Source: a virus (taxonomy: Duplodnaviria > Caudoviricetes). From it: 64,000 nt of DNA. A model generated the notes under the pieces. The model was not told the DNA's origin. It saw nothing but the letters and a program-made list of their open reading frames with translations, and ran no database searches. Shown here piece after piece: positions 38,351 through 48,600 of the stretch. The DNA is taken from IMG/VR virus record IMGVR_UViG_2834101283_000005, positions 7,010 through 71,009 of that record. One strand, 5' to 3'. How positions within the stretch are numbered: position 1 is the first letter of the stretch; the number at the start of each line of letters is the position of its first letter. A program made the position numbers and the translations under genes.

Positions 38351-40461
38351 ATGGCTGAACCTTCGAGATATATTCCAGATGAAGAAATCAATTTATATTG
38401 CGATATGCTCCCGGTAACGCCGACGCAAATCATGTTTGCGAGCGGCATTATTGACGCATTCGTAGGGATGCGCAAAGGCAAGAGCAAATTTCAGTCGGAG
38501 CAAGTGACCGAAAAAGGGTTGCGCCCGAATCGCAAAGGCGTTGTTAAACTCAAATATGCGCCGGTGATTTCGCTCGATGACATCAGCCTATGCGTTCCCA
38601 ATGCCTTTAAATTTACATCAGCCGTAAAAATCAATCCGTCTGAGGTCTACGTGGAGCCAGAAGGGTATGTGTATTTACCCTTATATGATGAGTTGCCGGT
38701 CACGCCGAATAATCTGTACGGGCGGCCGCCTGTAGGAATGGATATTACGTATACCTATGGCTATGAGACGGTGCCTGAAAAGGTAAAGCTTGCGTGCGCC
38801 ATGATTGCCATGAACATTTCGCAGCAGGGCGGCTTTGCGAATATCGAAAGTGCAACCAACTTGGACGCCAGATATGCACTGACCGACCCAAGCGTTTTTA
38901 CCGAAGATATTAGGCGGATGCTTATGGAGTATCGCGGATGACGTGGGCAGTCAACTTTGATGCGACGGCCATGTTTAATCAGTTTCGCCTAAGATGCTCA
39001 GTCAAAGATAAAGAGGACGAGTTTGTATTGTTCACGCGAATTGGTCGTGGTACGAAGCGGTTTACCGTCAACAATGTCTTCTGGGGGTTGCTTAAATACG
39101 ACTCAGCGTTCGACGTTGGGGACATCGTAACCGACCCGAAAGGGTTCAAATATTTCCTCGTGGCGAAATCCAATTCGTACCGAGCCGATAAGGCCGAATT
39201 GTACAAGTCGAACTGCACGGCCAAAATCGTGCGGCTCAAAGATGTGTATGAGGGGTACGAAGTGGTCGGCCAAGAGGAAGACATTATTTGTGAAGACATG
39301 ATTGGCGTTTATGAACGAGTATCGGCGCGGATGAAGTTGTTTGATTTGGGCCTTTTGAAATCAACGACTATGCGAGTCTTGGTGCCTAAGATTGAAGGGA
39401 TTAAGTTACTCGACCGACTATACATAAACGAAAAGGCTTACCAAATCGACGACATAGACACCGCATCCTTCCCAAACTTCCTTTATATCCAGCTTTCCGA
39501 GGACAATCGTGGATAGCTTTAATAAGCACCTGCAGGATTTCGTCAAAGGGCAAGTAAAGGTACTTAACGACCGCATCCGCATGAAATTATCAGCCTACGA
39601 GGGCAGCCATGAAGGATTTACGGATTGGCATGTCCACGAGCCGGTATTTACGGCGACGCCGACAACGATACGAGCCTTGCTGACATATAGCGGATTGGCG
39701 GCATGGATTGCGGAATATGGGTCAGGCTCCGAAATGGACATTAATAGCCCGTATTACCATAGCTATACTATGAATCCGGCACGACGAGCCAAAGGAAATG
39801 CGTTTCTGGGCCGTGGTGAAGGAGAAGTAGTGTATCGTCCAGACGGCACAACCTATATCTCATCGGGTCAAGCCAAAGGGCGCAATCTTGAAATGCCACT
39901 TGGTAAATTGGCTCCGTACATTCCGCAAAAGGCGCAGCATATCATCCATCAAGAGATTGATATGTGGGTGCAGGAAATGGTGCCGGAGTTGAAGCAACTA
40001 GTGCGAAGGGAAATTATCACAAGAATCAAAGAAGGGGTGAGAACTTGAAATATTCGCTTGAATTGCAGGACGAGTTGTTTGGCCTGTTTATCAAAGACGC
40101 TACGATTTGCGAGCTTTTGGGGATTACAGATAGCGAAGACTTCGAGTTTTGCTCTAATGTGATTCGCCGAGGAGTACAGCCCGCAGCGGTCATTAATGAA
40201 GCCCCCGATTTGTTTTTTAGTTACTATATCGTTCCAACCTACAGCGGTTTTAGCGAAAACTATTTGGTGAATCAGCAGGTTGTCGAATTTACAGTCTACG
40301 GTAAATTTAAAGGCCAAATTACAAAACTATTCAAGGCGATTAATGCTGTCTTGAAACGAAATTATGAAGATATGCGCATGGTAGCGGAAGGGAATGTTTC
40401 TTCTTCCGTCACCGGCCTTTACGCATATATGTTTAGGGTTAAGCCCTTAGTAAGAAGTTAA
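38351..40461 (+). CDS. Head-tail connector and tail completion genes (38351-38941, 38938-39516, 39509-40048, 40045-40461)
   Basis: Synteny between MCP and tail tube; YTYGYETVPEKVKLAC adaptor motif in the first. Confidence 0.75.
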
Positions 40462-40474
40462 AGGAGAAAAATAA

Positions 40475-41284
40475 TTGGCAAAACAGTCTAAACCTATTGT
40501 ATTGAATGGCGTAGGCAAGGCATACATTTCGTCTACTGTCAATGGTAAAGCACAGGTCACGCCGATGGGTACCATGCAGGACATGAAGATTTCCTTTAGT
40601 GGTTCCACAGATAAAGTATACGGTGGCGACGGCCTAGCACCTATTTACATCATCAATAAAGACCAGGACATCACGGTAACGGTCACAGAAGCCCGTTTTG
40701 GTCTTGAATACCTGAATCTTGTCCGTGGCGCGAACATGGAATCGAATGGCTTGCTTATCTTTGATGATGGCCCGTCTCTGATTGCATCTGGTACGTCGTA
40801 TACGGTTTCGGGCGAACTCACTACGATTGTCCCCGAAGAAACTATCGTTACGATTTCGGATGACGCAGACGGCGAAGAAAATGCAACCCCGTTGGCTTAC
40901 GTAGCTGAGTCTCCGGACGAAGGCGAATTTACTATCACGGCGGCTGGTGAAGTTACCCTTGGCGCAGAAGTTACGAATAAGTACATTTCTGTTTCGGGCA
41001 TGTACACGGTTTCCGATACGGTTTCCGCAGCGGTTACGACAGCGTCGCTTCCGGGCTTTGTCATGCTTCGTCATAAATCCATGCCGATTGATATTGACGA
41101 TGGCAAGAAAGTTGTTATCCACACGGTCATCTACAAGGCTCGTTCGACAGGTTCCTTGGATGTAGATTACAAACGTCAGGAAGCATCGGCTCCCGAACTG
41201 GAATTCGATGTATTCGATTCTGGCCGGAAAGACGGTGTAATCTTACGCATGACACAGGAAATTGTAGATTCTGCGAGTGAATGA
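40475..41284 (+). CDS. Major tail (tube) protein
   Basis: Position, size and beta-rich sequence; precedes the chaperones and TMP. Confidence 0.8.
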   Translation: MAKQSKPIVLNGVGKAYISSTVNGKAQVTPMGTMQDMKISFSGSTDKVYGGDGLAPIYIINKDQDITVTVTEARFGLEYLNLVRGANMESNGLLIFDDGPSLIASGTSYTVSGELTTIVPEETIVTISDDADGEENATPLAYVAESPDEGEFTITAAGEVTLGAEVTNKYISVSGMYTVSDTVSAAVTTASLPGFVMLRHKSMPIDIDDGKKVVIHTVIYKARSTGSLDVDYKRQEASAPELEFDVFDSGRKDGVILRMTQEIVDSASE

Positions 41285-41363
41285 AAAGAACCGACCTCTA
41301 GCGTTGCCAAAGTAGGCAGCGCTAAGGTGGGCGAATCGGTTATTGGATAGGAGATAATAACGA

Positions 41364-41816
41364 ATGGCATACACAAAACAGACTTGGGCAGCAGGCCAGA
41401 CAATTACGGCCGAAAAAATGAATCACATGGAAGACGGCATTCTGAATAATCAGGGTGCTAAGGGGGACCCTGGCCCTGCTGGTGCTGATGGAGCCGCGGC
41501 GGAAATTACGTCGGTAACGGCAACAGTAGACGCCAACACCGGCACGCCGTCTGTGACAGTCACGCCGGGAGGTACGGCGCAGGCGAGAACCTTTGCCTTC
41601 GCATTTAAAAATCTAAAAGGCGCGAAGGGGGATAAGGGTGATACGGGAGCCACTGGCGCAGACGGGCAGGACGGTGCAACGGGCCCTGCTGGCAAGAATG
41701 CGCCGACGATTACTGGCTGTACAATTAATGTGAATGGCACGACCATTTCGGGTCAGCTCACAATGTCGGAAGGCGAACCTATCACTATTACTGGTACATA
41801 TACAGCAGGCGAATAG
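41364..41816 (+). CDS. Collagen-like virion decoration protein
   Basis: MAYTKQTW...[10 protein letters not shown] plus Gly-X-Y repeats. Confidence 0.8.
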   Translation: MAYTKQTWAAGQTITAEKMNHMEDGILNNQGAKGDPGPAGADGAAAEITSVTATVDANTGTPSVTVTPGGTAQARTFAFAFKNLKGAKGDKGDTGATGADGQDGATGPAGKNAPTITGCTINVNGTTISGQLTMSEGEPITITGTYTAGE

Positions 41817-41892
41817 CCTATAAATTTTTGAAAGGGGGAGAACAAAGGAGGTTTCTTCCCCTTATTTTTTTTTATTGAAAGGAATCTAATGA

Positions 41893-42470
41893 ATGGCAAA
41901 TGATACATTAGTACCACAAGAAAACTATGTCGGATTAGACGGCAAAGAATATAAGATTTTCCCTATGCGGTTACATGACTATGCAAAGGTAGAACGGCTT
42001 TTTAGCAAAATTGACGACCAATTTTTGTACCTTAACCTTCCTTTCCCGGAAACCGATAAAGAAGGCAAGGTGGTTCGCTCCAAAGAAGGTAAAATTAAAT
42101 ATAATTATGACCGATGGAACGCTATGTGCGAGCTGTTTGAGTTGGCCCTGCATGTCCCCCGTCGTGAACTTGTTGAGATTTTGGATGTCAACACAGGCGT
42201 ATTTGTTTTAGACGCTTACCGCGGTATCAGCGGATTAAAAAAAAAGATGGTGGAACAGATGACACAGGCAGCCTTGATGTCGTCATTGCAAGCCTTATCC
42301 AAAACACCAGCGAAACCAGAGAAAGCATAATGCGGTACACCATTCCGCAGCTTGAAGGATTGGCCGAGGCGATTTCTGAAATCAACAAAGACATTAAAAC
42401 GGATGATGACGATACGCCGCTTACCGGCAAGGACGCAGTAGCCGCATTGCAGGCTCGCGGATTATTTTAA
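41893..42470 (+). CDS. Tail assembly chaperone G (41893-42330) and GT product via -1 frameshift (to 42470)
   Basis: A9G slippery run at 42237-42246; the -1 frame is open for about 74 codons to TAA 42468-42470, directly before TMP. Confidence 0.85.
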
Positions 42471-42493
42471 CATGATTATAGAAAGGTAATTAC

Positions 42494-44605
42494 ATGGCAG
42501 ACGAATTAAATAATGAACGCATAGGGTTTTCCGTCGATGTGACGACAGGGAAATCTACAGAAAATATTGATGCGGTCGTTAAACAGATTGACTCTTTAAA
42601 AGACCGAATTACTGATTTAAAGAAGCAGCGTAAAGGTGCAGATGAGGTTGCTCTTGACGACTTAAATAAGAGCATCCGAGAAGCACAACGGGAGTTGAAT
42701 AAGCTCAATTCGGTCTACACTTCATGGATTCAAAAAGCAACCGACATCAACACGAAACCTATCGGCGACGTAAAGAAACAGATTCAGGAATTGCAGAGAG
42801 TGTTGGAGTCGTGGAGTGGCAACCCGAAGGATTTTCAAAAGCAGATTCTTGACCGCTTCCTGATTCCCAACTCAGCCATCGAACAAGCCCGGTTGTATCG
42901 GGAAGCTATTCGGCAGATTGAAGGCCTGGCTAATTCGGGAGCTATCAGCACGCAGAGAGCAGCCCTAGCTACAAATCGATTTAGTGCATCTTTAAAAGAC
43001 GCAGAACGTAGAGCTAGGGCATTAAAAGATGCGGTCGATGGCATTCCGAGTTCGACTAAGCGGTTAACCGATAGAACCGTTCAGCAGGTCTTCTCTGGTT
43101 GGGATGGAAAGACCGATTTCCTTCGTAATTTCACGCCCGCTGAAAGCTACTCTAAAGAGCTTTCACAGCTTAAGAAGATGGTCGATGAACTCAAAAGGGG
43201 TTTCGGAGATAGCACAGACATTGGCGTTCAGAACCGCTTAAAGAAAGCCATCGATGAGATTACGGTTGCCTATCGAGAAGCCAAAAAGGCCAAAGATGAG
43301 CTGAACGGGCGGATTACTGGCAAGGCCGAAGAAGAAGCCAAAAAGGCACAGGCCAAAGCGCAGCAAGAATTAAACAAGGAAATCCGAGAACAAGCCAAAG
43401 CGTCCAAAGAGGCAGAGCAGGCGACAACGCAAAGTGTGCGGTCGGCAGTACAACAGTATAGACGCCTTCAAGAGCAGCTTGAAGAAGTACAAGCCAAGAT
43501 TAAGATGAATTACATCGACAACTATAAAACGAACCGTAACGCTTATGGCGAGAATTTAGCTCCTTTGCTTACTCAATATAAACAGCTTTCTAAGCAAATT
43601 AAGGATGCAGAACGCAACATGGATTTGTTGGCACTCAAGGCGGACTTTTTCGGGACCACTTGGGATAAAATTACTCATCGTATGGGTTGGGTATTGACAA
43701 GTTTTGGAGCAGCAGGACTTTTCGGTGGCGCAAACGCATATTTCAACACATTACGCGATGTTGAAAAAGAAATGGCTCAATTTTCACAGGTCATGAGCCA
43801 CGGTGCGCCTGTCGTCGAAGGAGCAGAAGAACTTTCCCGGTCGGTTGGAGCTGCTTCCATTTCCGTAAACGCTTTTGGTAAATCCATCCATGACTTGTCT
43901 ATTGAGGATTTGCAAAAAGGGATGCGCGAAGGGGTTGTTGGTTCCAAATTATTTAAAGATGAACTTGACGCTATGCAGCAATCCTTGATAAACCTTGCGA
44001 TTAAATATGGCGAAGCTCATAAAGACGTTGCCGAGTCCGCTACATTGTGGGGCCGGATGTACAAAGATAATAACATCGTCCTGACCATGACTGACGCTGC
44101 CATGAAATTGGCCGTAGCGGATAGTTTTAGCGTTGTTCAGGCGAATAAAAATCTCGAATCGTCTATTGCTCAGTGGGGATTTGAGATTAAAAACAACAAC
44201 GATGCAATGGCCGTTTCGTCTAAGATTTGTGACTCATGGACTGCGATTGCGCACAACATGGCCGTATCCGCACAAGACTTGTCGGCTGCTAATCAGAGAG
44301 CTGCTTCTTCGATGCACGCTGCAGGTATCGAATTTGACGTAGGGCAAGCCATCCTCGCCACAATGCTTCGTAATACGCAGCAGGCAGGCGGCGAAATCGG
44401 TAACGCTATGAAGTCTATTATCGGTTCTATTCACAGCAAAAAAGCTGTTGAAGAAATCGAAAAAATGGGCGTTGCGGTATACGAGTTCGACGAAAATGGT
44501 TCTAAGCATTTCCGTAATGTAGGCCAAGTGCTTGTCGACTTAATGATTAAAACCCAAGGCACAGAAAAGAACCTTGAAAACCTGTTCATGAAAATTGCTG
44601 GGGGT
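42494..44605 (+). CDS. Tape measure protein, exon 1
   Basis: TP901-type TMP core (SLINLAIKYG...EIGNAMKSI); similarity ends at KIAGG. Confidence 0.9.
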
Positions 44606-44895
44606 AAACCATCATACTTGCCCCAACCGCAGGTAACTGCGGCGTAAAAAACGGTTTTATATCGGTCAAAGTCCCAGAAGTGGGGGAGACCGAGGGAAAC
44701 TGCAATTATTCCAATTAGAACACAAACATATGTTTGTATAAAAAGAAAAAATGTGTTATAATATATTTAGTGATATAAAAAAAGAGCCTACAGCTCAGAT
44801 TCGGCATGTTTAAAAAAATAGGGTATAAGCGAAGCGTAACGTAAACGGCCCTGAGTATCAGCGAAAACCTTCGTTGGGTTGCAACGCTGCGCATG

Positions 44896-44982
44896 TTAGC
44901 ACAGCTTAATGACCCAAATCAGGTTGGAGACAGAATCAACCAACCGAGACAGGGCCAAAATGAGAGATACAATATCACTCAT
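44896..44982 (-). CDS. 28-aa hydrophobic peptide (type I toxin-like) inside intron loop L6
   Basis: MSDIVSLILALSRLVDSVSNLIWVIKLC; SD AGGGAGG; overlapped by a plus-strand transcript from TTGTAT-N17-TATAAT (44734-44762). Confidence 0.65.
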   Translation of the reverse strand: MSDIVSLILALSRLVDSVSNLIWVIKLC

Positions 44983-45072
44983 AAGACAACCTCCCTAGGA
45001 CTAATCACCAATAAAAAACATGCCCCTTGGCTGTGGCTCTCGTATATTACTATAACACAATACGCGCAAAAG

Positions 45073-45100
45073 AAAAAGACACCCCAAAAGGTGTCTTTTT
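45073..45100. terminator. Bidirectional terminator inside the intron
   Basis: AAAAAGACACC-ccaaaa-GGTGTCTTTTT. Confidence 0.8.
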
Positions 45101-45200
45101 GATTGGAATAAATGCAGACCCCGAACGACTGACATAACCGCCCCTTGCAGGACACAAGGGTGAATATACAGTCTAACCATAGGGATAACTGAAAAGAAGC

Positions 45201-45563
45201 CTATGATTTATTTTGTTGTTGCTGTTCGTATGCTGCTTGTAGAATAAAGGGGAAGAAAAAGACTATTGCTACAATGACCGCAATAATAATTCCGCCAAAT
45301 GACCAAGATGGGCTAACCCCCAACCATTTAAAGAATTCTATTACAAGTAAACACCAAATTATCCAACCTATTATTTGAACAAGCCAACCAAGGAAGAAAA
45401 ATTGCAGAATCCCGTAAAATATAGGAATCATGACCCTAGCTAAGCACAGAAAAACAATGGTCATAATAAAGCCCATCGCCCCAACTTTTGCGGCGTAGGC
45501 AAATCCGAGGATTAACAAAATAATTCCGATTAATATGGTTCCGCACCCTATTTTATCGTTCAT
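45201..45563 (-). CDS. Multi-pass membrane protein encoded antisense within the intron 3' region
   Basis: 120 aa, 3-4 TM segments; own TGGTATAAT promoter and SD AAGGAAG. Confidence 0.8.
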   Translation of the reverse strand: MNDKIGCGTILIGIILLILGFAYAAKVGAMGFIMTIVFLCLARVMIPIFYGILQFFFLGWLVQIIGWIIWCLLVIEFFKWLGVSPSWSFGGIIIAVIVAIVFFFPFILQAAYEQQQQNKS

Positions 45564-45641
45564 AGTATCACTTCCTTTATAACAATATTATACCACGAAC
45601 ATACATACGTAACAAAAATAATTACAACAGAATAATATAAG

Positions 45642-48600
45642 AAGTATCAATGGAACAAAGCCGGAGCTATGCTTAACTACAGCGATTTTCTTCATGCGTT
45701 GCGGTTAAGCACTGAATCTTACGGCTTTACTCAAGAACAGGTAGCAATGCAAATGGATACGATAGCAAGAAAAGCTGAACAATTTCAGCAACAGCTTGTA
45801 TCACTATCCACTGGTGCAGGCAATTTATCTTCTGCCTTTAAATTAATTATTGACGGCGCAAGGAAAATAGTTGAAATAGCAGACCAATTAAGCACATCCC
45901 AATTAATCACTTTTGTTGTAAGCGGTGTTTTGTTTGCTAAAACAACTGCTATTGTGGGTGCGTTGAAAAGTATAGTTAGTATTTTAGGGACTATGCGTGC
46001 TTTGTTGGTCAGTATAGGGACTAGAAATTTCCTTAGTAATTTAAGTGCCACAGCCACTTTGCCGGGTATATTAAAAATTGTTGGTGCTTTGGGAATGTTA
46101 ATCACCCTTTATGACGTATTGAGTGGAAAAGAAGCAGATGCTCGTGCTATCCGTGAAGGCCAAGCGGAAGAAATTACATCCCAAATTGAACTTGAAGAAG
46201 AATTATTAAACCGTAAAGAACAGTCTCTCGAATCTATCCGCGCATATGCGGAAGGATACCGTGCAATTTCCGAACGCTTGAAAGAAGCCAACCTTTCAGA
46301 AGAAGAACGGAATAAGTTGCTTAAAGACCAGCAAAGCACCCATGAGGCGTTGGTTAATATTATTGGCGAAAAAGACGCGGTTAATGTAGAGGCTCACGCA
46401 AACGAGTCTGCTTATTTAGACGAAATTATCAGTAAGCATAAAGAGCAAATCGCCACAGACCGAAGTGGATTGCAGGAAAAAGCTCAAGGTTTAAAAACGA
46501 TTGCGGATGCCGAACTTGAATACACTAAACAAGTTGCTGAAAACCTCGACATCCAAAAACAGGGTATTGGTGGCGTTATTGAGGAATTAATCAGGTTGGG
46601 CCGTTGGTGGGACGCCATTATGTTGAAATTACAGGATTTCAACCGCTCCTTCGATTCGGCAATGCTTAAAAACCACACTCGGCGGTTACAGTCTTTGCAG
46701 AACATGAAAAAGCAAGGGCTTACTAATGAATGGGGGCTTTTGGGCGAACTTGTTGGTACTCAAAGCATAGACGAAGCGATTGCCGAAGAACAAGAGTTAG
46801 TCAATAAATATAGTAGCGCAGTAGACGAAGATACTAAATCCATCAATGGGGCAGCTAATCGCACCAAAGGGGAAGAAGTTACTAAAGGATTGCAAAATAT
46901 ACAGCGCTACAATGCCAATATGAACAGCATACTTGGTAATGGCTTTAACCAGACCTCAAAGGGTGGTTCGGAAATTGATGAATCTGGTGGCGGCTCTGGC
47001 GGTTCTGGCAAGAAAGGCAAAAAGCGAGTTTTTGACATGGAAGGCAACGAAATCCGCATCCCGAACGCTTCCAATTACGTAACCGAAGATGGCGTAGACC
47101 GCAATGTAACCCAAGATACAGAACTCAAGCTCCGCATTATGGACGAAGCCTTTTATCGCAAATTTGGACAGCACTTGCTTGTATCTTCCATGAAGCGGAA
47201 TCGTGGCGATGGCTCCAAACATGACGATGGGTTAGCATTCGACCTTGTTGGAGACATCCTTGAAAATAACCCCGGCGCACGTCAATGGTTGTCGGATTAT
47301 GGCTCTTGGATTGGCTTGACCGCCTTGGACGAATATTTGCCAGAGAATGCGCATTATGCTCGTGGCGGTGGCAATCTTCATTTTTCCAACAACGGTGCAT
47401 CCATTTATGACATCCTTGGTTCAGCAGCTAAGACGAATGCCGACTTTAAGGACAATTCTGTTCAAAGGCAGCTTTATGATGCCCTGAAAGCAGAAAACCT
47501 TTCGGACAAACAGGCATGGGCCGCAATGGCTGCTATTGGTGGAGAATCCAGTTTTGACCCCGGTGCCATCCAAGAAGGGATGAGTTTTGAAGACCCCAAG
47601 GCTGGTATTGGTTTGATGCAATGGACAGCCGACCGCAAACAGGCTTACCTTGACTTTGTGGCTCAGAGGGCTGCAATGGGGGGCAGTTCAGATTGGCGTG
47701 ATTTGGCAAACCAGTTGGCCTTTATGCGGTGGGAAATGAATAACACCGAAGCAGGCTCTTGGCAAGAATATTTAAATGGCGTAACCAATGACACATCTGC
47801 CGAAGGCGACGTAAGACTGTTCACGTCGAAGGTAGAACGTGCGGGCATCCCCAATATTGCCAACCGTATGCAGTATTACGGCGACGTTTCCAGCCATTAC
47901 GTAAACGGTATGTCCCTTTACGACTCTGACCCGTCTAAGGTAAAACAACTCACGCCTGAACAGAGAGCCGAAAAAGAAGCGAAACGGTTGCAGCAATATT
48001 ACAATACGCTCAACAAAGCCGCCGATACGCTCGAAAAAGTTGTTGGAGAAAAGTATAAGTACGCTATGGATGTTATCAATGAAGACCAGCAGTTGTTTGG
48101 TCAGAACATGGAAAACACTGGCAAGCAGCTCGACACCTACCAGGCGAAACTTGTGGACGACGTAAATATTACGGAGCAGTATTCCAAGGTGCTTGAAAAA
48201 GTTGTCAACAACTTGAGCGATGCTGACTCACAGCGGCTTTTCCATATGGGTAAAGACGACTTTTTGAAACTTGAACTGGAAGAGCAGCAAAAGCTTATTG
48301 CCGGGATTGATGCAGAATCAGCCCTCTATAAACCTATTCTGGCAACTTTGAATGAGATTGTCAAGGTTAAGCAAAAGATTCGTGAGTCGGATGAGCAATA
48401 TCATAAAGACCAAATGGAATGGGTTAAGCTGTATCAGAACCGCACAAAGCTTCGGTATGACAAGCCAATCCAAAGCGAAAACGACGACATCCGGGAATGG
48501 GAAATTACGCATAGCAATGAAAGATATGATGCGTTTTATCGTAATATTTTCGAACAGCAACATCTTGAAGAAATCGCAAGACTTGCCAAGGAAAAATACG

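Larger units (their letters stand above)
44606..45641 (+). ncRNA. Group I intron (1036 nt) in the tape measure gene
   Basis: P1 GGGGU/GCCCC with U-G; P10 AUACUU/AAGUAU; P2 CCGCAG-GUAA-CUGCGG; P3, P4, P6, P7 (ACGACUG/CAGUCU), P8 and P9 all identifiable; terminal G at 45641; splicing is in frame (GG|KYQWNK). Confidence 0.9.

Noticed and set aside
44845-44870. Hammerhead-like CUGA...GAAA in intron L6
   Set aside because: CUGAGUA does not match CUGANGA, and I could not build the three stems.
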